Positions 43,699-53,204 of a stretch of 60,159 nucleotides of DNA are shown piece by piece. A program made the translations under genes and the position numbers. This DNA comes from Gemmatimonadales bacterium (GTDB lineage: Bacteria; Gemmatimonadota; Gemmatimonadetes; Palauibacterales; KS3-K002): assembly GCA_050050535.1 (NCBI GenBank), contig JASFTY010000001.1, forward strand, positions 1 through 60,159, read 5' to 3'. Every line of letters starts with the position of its first letter. Position 1 is the first letter of the stretch. The notes beneath the pieces were generated by a model. The model worked only from the letters and a program-made list of their open reading frames with translations, searched no databases and was not told the DNA's origin.

Positions 43699-45396
43699 TC
43701 AACCGGTTTGGGCGCGCTCCCCCTGAATCCAGCGCTGCGCCAACCCGAAGGCGCCGGCGACGAGCGCCATCAGCAGGACGCCGTAGGCGGCGGCCGCGCC
43801 GAGATCGAAGTCCCTGAGCTGCGAGAGGATCTCGATCGAGATGGGCCGAGTGCGGTGCGTGTAGAGAACGATCGATGCGACGAACTCGCCGAGCCCCGTG
43901 ACGAAGGCGAGGGCTGCACCGGCGGCGAGCGCGGGCAGCAGCGCCGGGATCGTGATGCGCCGCAGCGTACGCCATGGGCCAGCGCCCAAAGACGATGCGG
44001 CCTCTTCGAGGCTGGGGTCGAGTTGGCGGAATCCCGCCAGCACCGCCCGTCCGGTCAACGGCAGGACGCGGAGCGCGTACGCCATCACCAGGATCCAGGC
44101 CGTGCCGACCAGCACGAACCGTCCGGCCCAGGGCTGATTGACGCTGAAGGTCGTCGCCAGCGCGATGGCCAGCACCGTGCCGGGCAGCGCCCACGGCAAA
44201 GCCAGAATCCCTTCCAAGAGGCGACGACCTGGTACACGCCAGCTGACCACGAGCCGACCGACAGCGAGGGCGACGGCGATCGCGATGACCGTCGCGCCAC
44301 CGGCCATCAGTAGCGAGTTCACGATAGGCCGGAACGTCCGCGCCTCGGCGAAGAGCTGGGCGTAGTTCTCCAGCGAGTAACGCGGCGGCAGCGTCTGCAC
44401 CGTCCAGGTACCGTCGGGTACCAGCGAGACCAGCAGCAGCGTGAGGTGGGGCAGAATCAGCAAAAGCACGCCGGCCCCGGCGGCCGCTGGCAAGCCGATC
44501 GCCGCCCAACGTGACTTGACCGGTACCCGCAGCGGTGCCGAGCCTTTGCCGGGCGCGACGTACTCGCGCGCGCCCTCCCAGCGGGCCAGCGGCCAGAGCA
44601 CGAGCAGCGAGACCGCTGCCAGCATCACCGTCTCGACCATCGCCATCACGGTCTCACCCTGGAGCTTGCTGTTGAAGATCTGGGTGGTCATCACTCGAAA
44701 GCCGCCGCCCAGGACATAAGGCGCACTGAACGATGCCATGGAGGTCATGAAGGTGAGTAGCGACGCGCCGGCCAGCGTTGGCGCGAGCAGCGGCAGAGTC
44801 ACACGGCGGAAGGTGCGGGCCCGGCCCGCGCCGAGCGAGGCCGCAGCCTCGAGCACCGCCGGATCGAGCCGCGCCAGCCCGGCCAGGGTGAACAGGTAGA
44901 AGTAGACGTACATCGAGTAGGCGTGCACGGCGAGGATCGCCCCGGAGCCGCGTAGTCGCCAGGGCGGCGACTCCAAACCGAGAGCGTCCTGCACGAGCCG
45001 GGTCGCGATGCCGCTCTCGCCGTACAAGAAGAGAATCGCGATGACGCCCACCAGCGGCGGCAAGAGGACCGGCATGGCCGCCAGGCCACCGAGCAGTCGC
45101 CGGCCAGGGAACTCATAGCGGGCAAACACCAGGGCGAGCGGTACTCCAATCAGCGCAGAGAAGAGCACCGTGAGGGCGGAGATCCAGAAGCTGGACCAGA
45201 GGGCGCGCAGCTCCGAGGCGGTGCCCACGAACGCCGCATAGTAACGCAGCGTGAAGCCCTCGGCACCGCGCAGACTGCCGGCCAGGACCACCAGGTTCGG
45301 GTAGACCACAGCCCAGAACAGGACCACGAAGATCGCGACGACAAGGAGTCGGTCCTTCGGTCCCAGCCGCTTACCGTCGCCGCCCCCGCTAATCAT
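43699..45396 (-). CDS. ABC transporter permease, fused two-domain (FbpB/ThiP-like)
   Basis: About 12 TM helices with two EAA-loop-like segments (LEAAASLGAGRARTFRRVTLPLL and LEEAASSLGAGPWRTLRRITIPAL). Confidence 0.85.
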   Translation of the reverse strand: MISGGGDGKRLGPKDRLLVVAIFVVLFWAVVYPNLVVLAGSLRGAEGFTLRYYAAFVGTASELRALWSSFWISALTVLFSALIGVPLALVFARYEFPGRRLLGGLAAMPVLLPPLVGVIAILFLYGESGIATRLVQDALGLESPPWRLRGSGAILAVHAYSMYVYFYLFTLAGLARLDPAVLEAAASLGAGRARTFRRVTLPLLAPTLAGASLLTFMTSMASFSAPYVLGGGFRVMTTQIFNSKLQGETVMAMVETVMLAAVSLLVLWPLARWEGAREYVAPGKGSAPLRVPVKSRWAAIGLPAAAGAGVLLLILPHLTLLLVSLVPDGTWTVQTLPPRYSLENYAQLFAEARTFRPIVNSLLMAGGATVIAIAVALAVGRLVVSWRVPGRRLLEGILALPWALPGTVLAIALATTFSVNQPWAGRFVLVGTAWILVMAYALRVLPLTGRAVLAGFRQLDPSLEEAASSLGAGPWRTLRRITIPALLPALAAGAALAFVTGLGEFVASIVLYTHRTRPISIEILSQLRDFDLGAAAAYGVLLMALVAGAFGLAQRWIQGERAQTG

Positions 45397-46487
45397 CGGT
45401 CCCCTCGGTCCGCCTGCACGGTGAAGGCGAAGAGGCCGGCGGGCGCGGAGCGTGGTACGACACCGACGACCTCGCCGGTCTGCGCCGGATCGACACCGCC
45501 CTGGATCTCGAGCTCGCCGCCCTCCACCCTCACCGTGTAGACGTAGACCGAGCCAGCGAATCGCCGGTCGCTCACCTCACCACGCAGCGCTCCATCTTCA
45601 TCGGGAGCGGCGAAGGCGAGCGCCTCGGGCCGCGCCAACACCTTCACCTGCGTGCCCGGCTCGGGCGGGCCACTAGCGGAAGGCATCAGCGCCTTCCAGA
45701 CCGCACCACCAGCCAGGCGACAGCTCACGATTCCACCCTCGTATATCCTCTCTACACGACCCGTCACCGCCGCTGCCCGACCCAGGAACGTGGCGACGAA
45801 CTCGCTGGCCGGCCTGTGGTACAGCTCCTCCGCAGGACCGAGTTGCTCGAGTCGCCCCTCGCGCATGACCGCGATCCGGTCACTCAGATCGAACGCCTCT
45901 TCCTGGTCGTGCGTTACGTACACCGTCGTGATACCGATCTCCTTGACCACGCCCCGCAGCTCACGCCGCGTCTGTTCGCGTAGCGCCGCGTCCAGATTGG
46001 AGAGCGGCTCATCCAGCAGTAGCACCTGCGGCTGCGGGGCGAGCGCCCGCGCCAGGGCGACCCGTTGCTGTTGGCCGCCTGACAACGAGCCGATCGAGCG
46101 CGCACCAGCCCCGGGTAGACGTACCAGGTCGAGGGCATGCGCCACTCGCTCGCCGATCTCCGTTCGCGTGAGACCGGCGGTCTCGAGTCCGAACGCCACG
46201 TTCGACCCCACGCTCATGTGCGGGAAGAGCGCGTAGTGCTGGAAGACCATGCCGAACCCGCGCCTCTGTGGCGGCAGCCGCGTCACATCGCGCCCGCGTA
46301 GCACCACACGCCCCGAGTCGGGCGTCTCGAAACCGGCGACCATGCGGAGCGTCGTGGTCTTGCCGCAACCGCTCGGGCCCAGCAAGGTGACGATCTCATG
46401 CTCGCCGACCGCGAGCGACAGCTCGTGTACCGCGGGCGAGCCCGTGAACATCCGGGTGAGAGAATCCAGCTCGAGCAAGGCGCGCAT
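45393..46487 (-). CDS. ABC transporter ATP-binding protein (PotA/FbpC-like)
   Basis: Walker A GPSGCGKTT, signature LSGGQQQRVALARAL, Walker B VLLLDEPLSNLD, and a C-terminal TOBE-like domain. Start ATG 46487 overlaps the upstream stop (ATGA). Confidence 0.9.
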   Translation of the reverse strand: MRALLELDSLTRMFTGSPAVHELSLAVGEHEIVTLLGPSGCGKTTTLRMVAGFETPDSGRVVLRGRDVTRLPPQRRGFGMVFQHYALFPHMSVGSNVAFGLETAGLTRTEIGERVAHALDLVRLPGAGARSIGSLSGGQQQRVALARALAPQPQVLLLDEPLSNLDAALREQTRRELRGVVKEIGITTVYVTHDQEEAFDLSDRIAVMREGRLEQLGPAEELYHRPASEFVATFLGRAAAVTGRVERIYEGGIVSCRLAGGAVWKALMPSASGPPEPGTQVKVLARPEALAFAAPDEDGALRGEVSDRRFAGSVYVYTVRVEGGELEIQGGVDPAQTGEVVGVVPRSAPAGLFAFTVQADRGDR

Positions 46488-47512
46488 CAACCGCCACCGC
46501 GGATGTGCGCGTCCCAATACCTCATCCACTCGCGACCGCGCGCTTCCAGTAGATCCCAATCGAGATCCATCGGCCGAAGCTCCTCGTTGACCCGGATCAG
46601 CCACTCGGGAAGTGAGTCGATCGGCAAGTCCGTGCGCGTCGGGTTGCGGTAGGCGCTCCTCACGGCGAGCAGCTGGCCTTCGACAGAGCCGACGAACTCG
46701 ACAAAGGCCTGAGCCAACTCTCGGTCATCGGCGCCCTTCACGATGGCGATCGCGTCCACCGAGACCGGCGTACCGCTCGCTGGGAGCGTATAGTCGAGCG
46801 GGAAGCCCTGCGCCTGCACGCGAAGCACATCCGGCAGGTTCCACAGCGTCACCAGACCTTCCTGCCTTACCAGCTTCTGATAGAGGATGGCCGGGTTGAG
46901 CACGTACTCCTTCGTCTGCGCGTCCAGTCGGCGCAGCCACTCGTAGCCCGCCGCCGTGTCGCCGGTCGCCTGCAGACCGCGATACACGATCATCTCGAAG
47001 ATCATCCGCATCGTACCGCTCGGCATCGGATCCCTGACCAGTACGCGCCCCTCCCAGCGTGGGTCGAGCACCTCATCCCAATCCGCGGGCGCCTCGTCGC
47101 TGGCGATCGCATCGCTGTTGTACGTTATCACCGCCGGCGTCAGATAGACGCCGAAGTAGAGATCGTCCGGCCCGCGCGCCTCGGGCAGCACCGAATCCGC
47201 CCAGCGAGGACGATACGGCTCAAGCAGGCCCTCAGCCGCCGCCCGAGCGAACAGCTCCTCAGTGCCGCCGTACCAGATATCCGCCTGCGGGTTCGCCCGC
47301 TCGGAGCGGATCCGGTCAAGCACCTCCTGCGAGCCCATGTCCACCCACTGGACCTCCGCACCGGGGTTCGCGGCCTCGAACGCCGCTTTGAAGATCTCGA
47401 GTTGATCCCGGCCGTGCGGCGAATAGACCGTCAGCACGCCCTCCGGCTCAGAACAGCCGGCCGCCCCCAGGCAAGTGAAAATCAACAGGGTCAGTGAAGC
47501 GCTGCGCATCAT
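46487..47512 (-). CDS. ABC transporter periplasmic substrate-binding lipoprotein (family 1, iron/thiamine/polyamine-like)
   Basis: Lipoprotein signal LIFTCLGAAGC. Type-2 PBP pattern (VYSPHGRD...WYGG...). Ligand not assignable. Confidence 0.8.
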   Translation of the reverse strand: MMRSASLTLLIFTCLGAAGCSEPEGVLTVYSPHGRDQLEIFKAAFEAANPGAEVQWVDMGSQEVLDRIRSERANPQADIWYGGTEELFARAAAEGLLEPYRPRWADSVLPEARGPDDLYFGVYLTPAVITYNSDAIASDEAPADWDEVLDPRWEGRVLVRDPMPSGTMRMIFEMIVYRGLQATGDTAAGYEWLRRLDAQTKEYVLNPAILYQKLVRQEGLVTLWNLPDVLRVQAQGFPLDYTLPASGTPVSVDAIAIVKGADDRELAQAFVEFVGSVEGQLLAVRSAYRNPTRTDLPIDSLPEWLIRVNEELRPMDLDWDLLEARGREWMRYWDAHIRGGG

Positions 47513-50151
47513 CCACCCAGGCTCAACAGGTTGGCCAGCAAGCGATAGGCGCCTGGAACGCCTGCCGGCAGCTGCCTGAACAACGAGAGGCCCGTGTACA
47601 CGTACACGCCGTCACCCAAGGGGGCCACGAGCAGGGCGCCGTGTTTCGGTTCCTCGCCGGGATCCGCGCTCCCTAGCAGCGGCTGATAGCGTGCATCCCA
47701 CTCGTAGGGGAAGTAGAGGCCGCGCTCCTGGACCCAGCCGTCGAAGTCGTGCGGCCCGATCCGATTGGGCCGGCTCAGCGCAGGATGATCCGGCGCCAGC
47801 AGCGTTACGGGCGCCGACTCGTCGGTCACGCGATCGTGCGGCCGGCGCGCCTGCAGCGGGTAGGGCGCATAGCCGCCGTTGAAGTAGGTGTACTGCTGGT
47901 ACTGCGAGATCAGCGTGCCGCCGGCGCGCGCCCAGTCGAGGAGCCGCTCGTTGTTCGCCGGCAGTGCGGGATTCGTCTCGTAGGTGCGGATGCCCAAAAC
48001 GATTACATCGTAGACGGATAGATCGCCGGCGGCGACGACGCGGTCATCCAGGACGTCGACCGTCAGGCCGAGCGCCGCGATCGCGTCGGCGACCGCGTCG
48101 CCGGCACCGGGCACGTAGCCGATCCGCAGATCCTCATCGACGTAAAGCTCGAACGCCTCGATGCGCGCCCGCGCCTCGCCGAACAGAAGGCTCCGGCGGA
48201 TGTGAGGGTAATCGACGATCGAGTAGCCCTCTCGATAGCCGCGCCCATCGTCCGTCTCGGCTACCGCCGACACGAAGTAGGACCCGGCCTCCAGGCCCGG
48301 CGGCATCCTCAGGTCGAACTCAACGGTCGCCGCGGAGCCCGGCGCGCTCAAACTGAACGCTGCGTCTGCCGGCGCGACATGCCAGGCCGCCGGCGCCTCG
48401 AGCCGCACACGACCCGTGACCCCGCCGGGCGCCTCGCCACGCAGCCTGACGGTGAAGCTCGGGCCGCCATCCCGGTCCAGCGGCCAGACTGTAGTGCCCG
48501 GCTCGAGCTGCAGGCCGACGGCAGGCACTATTAGAAGCGACCGCCGGACCTCGCCGCGCGCCTGATCGGCAAACCGATAGACCGCCTCGACATCCCGTGT
48601 GACCATTTGACCGGCGATCTCGACCTCGATCTGCACGCTTGCCACCGGCTCGCCCAGCGGCGTGCCGCGCTCCAGCGAGGCTGCCGGCCAACCGTAGAAC
48701 CCGGCGGCCCGCGGAACCCGCAGGAAATAGGGCCGAGACGGCGGTGCGTCGGCGGGGATCGCCGCCTGAAAGCGATGCCGTACGAGGGTCGCAGGCGACA
48801 CGGTAAAAGGCGGCCCATCCTGAGCGCCTGCCGGGGTGTACAGCGTGATGCGACGGACCTCCACCGTGCCCGCTCCCGCGTTCCAGACCTCGACGTCGAT
48901 CTCCAAGCTCTGGCCAGGGACGACGAGATCGTCATCGGTAAATGCCTCGACGATGACGCCCGCTGCAGCCAACAGCGCCGACCCCAGCCGTCGGTCCTCG
49001 TCACCCAGCGCGGTGCGAAGCCGTTCCCTCTCGGCACCGCCCTGCCCCGCCAGCTCGACGGCGCGACGCAGCAGTCCCAGAGCGTCGCTCAGGTGCGGTA
49101 CGACGCTCGCCGTTCGCACCCCGCCCATAGCGGCACGCGCCCGATCCAGCCGCTGCGCGTAGTCAGCGAGCGTCCCGGCGAGCTCATCACGCAGCTCGCC
49201 CGGCGCAATCTTCTCCAGCATGCCGGCGAGGGTCGTGTCGACACCGTCGAACAGGGAGCCAGCCGCCGCGTCCCGCGCCACCGGCACCCTGCTGTGCAGG
49301 AGTTTCAGGGCCGTCCGCTGTGGGCCCAGCGCCTCGATGCGACCCATATCCTGAGAGCGGTGCAGGCTCCGAGCGGCCATGGCGATCTGGTAGTAGGAAC
49401 GGCCGTAGAGTGGGTCGAGTGTGCCGGTCTCCACTTGCAGAGTGGCGGCCGCCCGATCGAGCCGCGACGAGCGGTACAGCTTCAGCGGCGTCCACGGCTG
49501 GAGGCCCTCGGCGAGCTGGCCGGGAAACCGCCGGGGATCGCCGGCGGCGTCATACGCTTCGCGCGCCAGCATCCCGGCCACCTGGTGCTGGCCGTGCCCG
49601 TCGCGCGGTGTCCCGCTGAAGATCGAGACGACGATCTGCGGCCGGAACCGGCGGACGACCGCGATGACGTCGGCGAGCAACGAGTCTCTGGGCCAAAACC
49701 GGAGGGTCTCTTCCGCCGACTTGGAGTACCCGAAGTCGTAGGCTCGTGTGAAGAACTGGCTAGCGCCGTCCAGCTCGCGAGCGGCCAGCAGCTCGCCGGT
49801 TCTCAGAAGACCGAGCCCCACGCCCAGCTCGGCGCCGATCAGATTCTGACCGCCTTCACCACGAGTCAACGACAGGTAGGCGGCATCGGCGCCGAGGCCA
49901 CGCGCGAGCCAGGTGAGAAGCGCCGTATCCTCGTCGTCGGGATGGGCGCCGATGACGAGAACCCGCTTCACGCTACCCAGGCCGCGCAGCGCCCGCGCCA
50001 CACCCACCACTCCGCGCTGCGGATCGACCGCCTGTTGTGCCGCCGCGGGCACTGGGAGTGTGATCGAAGGGCAAAGCACCAGCAGTAGCACCAGGACCGT
50101 CATCCCGGCACGCCCGGAGCCGCCGCTGCTAACCGCACCGACGTGAGTCAT
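47509..50151 (-). CDS. PIG-L (LmbE-like) family deacetylase, large secreted multidomain protein
   Basis: VLVIGAHPDDEDTALLTWLA...SLTRGEGGQN is the PIG-L motif. The C-terminus (YDVIVLGIRTYE...ARAGGTLISQYQ) resembles a ThuA/GATase1-like domain. Start at ATG 50151 or 50103. Confidence 0.8.
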   Translation of the reverse strand: MTHVGAVSSGGSGRAGMTVLVLLLVLCPSITLPVPAAAQQAVDPQRGVVGVARALRGLGSVKRVLVIGAHPDDEDTALLTWLARGLGADAAYLSLTRGEGGQNLIGAELGVGLGLLRTGELLAARELDGASQFFTRAYDFGYSKSAEETLRFWPRDSLLADVIAVVRRFRPQIVVSIFSGTPRDGHGQHQVAGMLAREAYDAAGDPRRFPGQLAEGLQPWTPLKLYRSSRLDRAAATLQVETGTLDPLYGRSYYQIAMAARSLHRSQDMGRIEALGPQRTALKLLHSRVPVARDAAAGSLFDGVDTTLAGMLEKIAPGELRDELAGTLADYAQRLDRARAAMGGVRTASVVPHLSDALGLLRRAVELAGQGGAERERLRTALGDEDRRLGSALLAAAGVIVEAFTDDDLVVPGQSLEIDVEVWNAGAGTVEVRRITLYTPAGAQDGPPFTVSPATLVRHRFQAAIPADAPPSRPYFLRVPRAAGFYGWPAASLERGTPLGEPVASVQIEVEIAGQMVTRDVEAVYRFADQARGEVRRSLLIVPAVGLQLEPGTTVWPLDRDGGPSFTVRLRGEAPGGVTGRVRLEAPAAWHVAPADAAFSLSAPGSAATVEFDLRMPPGLEAGSYFVSAVAETDDGRGYREGYSIVDYPHIRRSLLFGEARARIEAFELYVDEDLRIGYVPGAGDAVADAIAALGLTVDVLDDRVVAAGDLSVYDVIVLGIRTYETNPALPANNERLLDWARAGGTLISQYQQYTYFNGGYAPYPLQARRPHDRVTDESAPVTLLAPDHPALSRPNRIGPHDFDGWVQERGLYFPYEWDARYQPLLGSADPGEEPKHGALLVAPLGDGVYVYTGLSLFRQLPAGVPGAYRLLANLLSLGG

Positions 50152-50291
50152 GGTCCGTGAAACTATCCGGCCCCGGCAGACCAGGCCAGCCGGTATGCCT
50201 CCGTCTGCCTTGTGTTCGGTCCGCGCCGCACGTAGCATCCGCTCCGGAGAACCGTGCCCCTGCACCCACGGCACCCTCACGATGAGCCGAC

Positions 50292-50774
50292 TTGAAGATG
50301 CCACCCCCCACGCGCCGCTCTATCGCCGCCACGATCATCCTCCTGGCTCTCTCGATAACGCATCTGGCCTACGCACCACTCGCCGAGCTGCGTCAGATGC
50401 CCATTCTGCCGCCCGCTCTGATCCTTGGCGTGCTACTGGGCGGCGGCTACGCCTACGCGGCCCGGCTGGCGAGCAGGGGCAGGGGCTTCAAGGTCGCCAT
50501 CAACCTGATCGTCGGCGAGGACCTGGGTGTGCTGATGGCGGGTCTCATGCTCGGCTACCCGTGGGGCGAATACCTGCGGCCGGGCACACTCCCCCTGCTG
50601 GGCCTGCAGTTCGCCCTCACGTTGCCGGAGATCTGGCGGCGTCAGGAGTCGGGCCAGCCGATCGTGGCGCCCGCTAGGCTCGCCTGGTTCGTCCTCGCCT
50701 ACGCCTTCGCCTTCGCCGGTTACGTCGCCTTCAAGCCTCAGGGACTGTGGCAGGTGGGTCTGCCCTCGCCGTGA
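50292..50774 (+). CDS. Hypothetical membrane protein (4-5 TM)
   Basis: Hydrophobic profile only. The start may be ATG 50298. Confidence 0.5.
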   Translation: MKMPPPTRRSIAATIILLALSITHLAYAPLAELRQMPILPPALILGVLLGGGYAYAARLASRGRGFKVAINLIVGEDLGVLMAGLMLGYPWGEYLRPGTLPLLGLQFALTLPEIWRRQESGQPIVAPARLAWFVLAYAFAFAGYVAFKPQGLWQVGLPSP

Positions 50775-50904
50775 CGCCGCGCCCCACAGGCCGCAACCGC
50801 AAGTCCTCCAAGAGGCTAACTGGCCCAGATTTCGCCACAATATTAGCTTTGTCACCGTCGAGGTCTCTTGTCGACCGGGGTGCCTCTGTGCTGGGGGAGG
50901 GGTC

Positions 50905-51282
50905 ATGCTGGGAACATTGAATGCAGTCCAAAACTCGTCGGGCGGCCTGGCGCTCATGGGTTACCTCTTGTTGGGCCTCGCCATCATCGTCATCGGTGGC
51001 GCCATTCTGCTGGCGCTCTTCCGGAGGTCGACGGTCAGTCGTCGCGACCCGGAAGCCGAACGAATCGACAGCTTGAAGGACCAGATTATCTGGCGGGCGT
51101 TGGGCCAGGGGAGCTTGATCACAGCTGCGGAGGCCGCCGCTCAATCAGGCTTGAGCGAGGCGGATGCGGAGATGGCCCTGATGGCCCTGGTATCTGACGG
51201 GCGAGCGGTGGCGGAGGCGAACGAGTCGGGTGGGATCGTCTACCGCATCGAGGCGCCTGCCGCGGGCAGCGGCGGCTCGTGA
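50905..51282 (+). CDS. Hypothetical single-TM protein with small helical C-terminal domain
   Basis: GGGGGAGGGG SD. TM helix LALMGYLLLGLAIIVIGGAILLALF. The C-terminus (ITAAEAAAQSGLSEADAEMALMALVSDGRAV...IVYRI) is winged-helix-like. Confidence 0.5.
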   Translation: MLGTLNAVQNSSGGLALMGYLLLGLAIIVIGGAILLALFRRSTVSRRDPEAERIDSLKDQIIWRALGQGSLITAAEAAAQSGLSEADAEMALMALVSDGRAVAEANESGGIVYRIEAPAAGSGGS

Positions 51283-51307
51283 TTGTCCAGCGCCGAGTTC
51301 CCCAGGC

Positions 51308-51332
51308 GGCTGCTGAGGTGGACTCAGCAGCC
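51308..51332 (+). terminator. Perfect 10-bp hairpin after 50905..51282
   Basis: ggctgctgag-gtgga-ctcagcagcc, 26 nt after the stop. No clear U-tract. Confidence 0.4.
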
Positions 51333-51422
51333 GATATCAAAGAGATTAGGTAGAGCCCATTACCCCCGCCGCTACGTAGTCGGGAAGCCTTCGCTTCACC
51401 AAGAGGCAGGAGACGTGGGAGG

Positions 51423-53012
51423 ATGATGTCCGACCCCACCTCGGTCGATCGGACCACGGTGGATGAACTGACCGGGAAGCTCGTTCTGCTCATCGATGAG
51501 AATCGAGCCTGGCGGGAGACCGATCTGATGCATCGGCAACTCGCCGCCAAGGTCAAGACCTACGTCCGTTATGCCCGCAGCCCGAAGTTCGTCGCAGATC
51601 ACGGCCGGCAGGCGCAGGGCGCGATCGTTCGAGTCGTTACGGCCCAGCCACCCGGCGACGTCTCCCTCAGCTTCTTCGAGCGCGTGGCGTACGAGCTCAG
51701 CAAACACGGCCTCCAGTTCGAGCACCAGGTTGGCGAAGACGGTGTCCCCGTCACTGTAACACCGAGCGCCGACGCGACCGCTCCGCCGCCCCAGCCGCGC
51801 AAGGCGCCGCCTGCAGCCGGGCCCGCCCGGGCACCGACGCGCGCAGCACCGCCGCCGGCCGCGCCGCCGCCCCCGGCCCCAGCCGCTCCGCAGCCGGGGC
51901 CACCTGTGACGCCGCCCGCTCCGCCTCCGCGCCCCGCGCCGCCGCCACCAACCCCGCAGAAGCCGGCCGCCGCGCCGCCAACCCCGGAGAAGCCGGCCGC
52001 CGCGCCGCCAACCCCGCAGAAGCCGGCCGCCGCGCCGCCGCCGCCACCGCCGCCGCCCCCCCCGACCCCAGAGGTGCCGCCAGCACAGGCGCCGCCCGAC
52101 CCCTGGGCGGAGGACGAAGCTGCGGAACCGGCTCGGCCACAGCCGCCACCGCCGACGGCGCCGGACCCCCTCGAAGCGCACGAGCCGGCGGGTTTCGATT
52201 TCGAGCCTGCTGAACCGGCAGGGATCGACTTCGAGCCGGCTTTTCCCGAGGAGCCGGAAGGACGCGAGACCGGCGCCGAGCCACCTGCCAGCGAGCTGGA
52301 ACGGCTGATCGAAGACGACGCCGAGGAGATAGAGTTCGTTGGCGCGCAGGAGGATCCGGCGCCGGTCGCCAGCGCACCTACTCCGGGACCTGGGGCAGCC
52401 GGAGAATCGAAACCTCCGCGGTTCTTCCCGGAGGAGGAGTTCGGGCGAGCCCTGCCGGACGTGGACGAGGTCGACGCGGCCCTGGGGATCGACGCCGAAG
52501 CGACAACGGCCGTTATCGAGACGGCGTCCGGCCAGCAGATCCGGCTCGATGAGCCGAGCGCGCTGGATGCAGCGCTCGCCGCACCGATCCCGGAAGAGCC
52601 ACGCCCCAGCCTGCTCCGCGCCGTCGGCGCGGCGATCGCGGCGGCGTTCGCCGGCGCGATCATCTGGGTGCTGCTGGCGATACCGGCGGCCACCGGCGCC
52701 AGCCCCCTGGCGATCGCCATTGCCGTCATGGTCGGCTTCGGTGTGAGGCTGCGCGGCGGTGGGCACACGACGGGATTCCGCGTCGTGGGGATCCTCGGCA
52801 CACTGCTCGGTTCGGCGCTCGGTTCGGTCGGCGCGGCCGTGGCGCTCAGCGCGATGGAGACCGGGACGCAGCTCCCGGGTGTCGTGGAAATCTTGTCGGA
52901 CCCCAACGCCGTGCTCGCCGTCTGGACCGATCGCTACGGTCCCCTCGACCTCATATCACTGCTCTTCGCGGGCTATTTCGCTTTCCGGATCTCCGCCTCA
53001 AAGCCCAGCTGA
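51423..53012 (+). CDS. Hypothetical protein: globular N-domain, proline-rich repeat linker, acidic region, C-terminal 3-4 TM helices
   Basis: N-domain of about 110 aa, then a PAPPPP/KPAAAPPTP(Q/E) tract, an acidic segment rich in E, D and P, and C-terminal hydrophobic helices (AIAAAFAGAIIWVLLAIPAA...). Confidence 0.65.
   Translation: MMSDPTSVDRTTVDELTGKLVLLIDENRAWRETDLMHRQLAAKVKTYVRYARSPKFVADHGRQAQGAIVRVVTAQPPGDVSLSFFERVAYELSKHGLQFEHQVGEDGVPVTVTPSADATAPPPQPRKAPPAAGPARAPTRAAPPPAAPPPPAPAAPQPGPPVTPPAPPPRPAPPPPTPQKPAAAPPTPEKPAAAPPTPQKPAAAPPPPPPPPPPTPEVPPAQAPPDPWAEDEAAEPARPQPPPPTAPDPLEAHEPAGFDFEPAEPAGIDFEPAFPEEPEGRETGAEPPASELERLIEDDAEEIEFVGAQEDPAPVASAPTPGPGAAGESKPPRFFPEEEFGRALPDVDEVDAALGIDAEATTAVIETASGQQIRLDEPSALDAALAAPIPEEPRPSLLRAVGAAIAAAFAGAIIWVLLAIPAATGASPLAIAIAVMVGFGVRLRGGGHTTGFRVVGILGTLLGSALGSVGAAVALSAMETGTQLPGVVEILSDPNAVLAVWTDRYGPLDLISLLFAGYFAFRISASKPS
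51948..52037 (+). repeat. 3 x 30-bp perfect/near-perfect tandem repeat inside the proline-rich CDS
   Basis: Unit ccaaccccgcagaagccggccgccgcgccg at 51948, 51978 and 52008. The middle copy differs by one base (cag to gag). It encodes PTPQKPAAAP x3. Confidence 0.9.
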
Positions 53013-53204
53013 CGAGGTGCAGGGAGACGGCACGATTCCTTGCGCTAGAGCGCGTTTCCAGTATCTTGCCGAATGCTGGACCCCCCTCAAACCAGCCGCG
53101 GGGTGCGCGGTGATTCTGTCCTCAGTTGTAGCGATTCCTATATCGAGATGTAGGTCTACGCTTCGGACCTACCAGGCGACATCGTGCTTCACAGGGAGGT
53201 AAGC

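Noticed and set aside
51396-52906. Two minus-strand ORFs of more than 430 aa (51396..52766 and 51599..52906), rich in RRGG/GGAA repeats.
   Set aside because: They are antisense images of the proline-rich repeat gene 51423..53012 (the CCN-rich sense strand gives a GGN-rich antisense). They have no SD and no domain signal.
53029-53043. Sigma-54-like GGCAC-gattcc-TTGC upstream of the lipoprotein gene.
   Set aside because: The GG-to-GC spacing is 11 nt, not the canonical 10. That is treated as non-functional unless shown otherwise.
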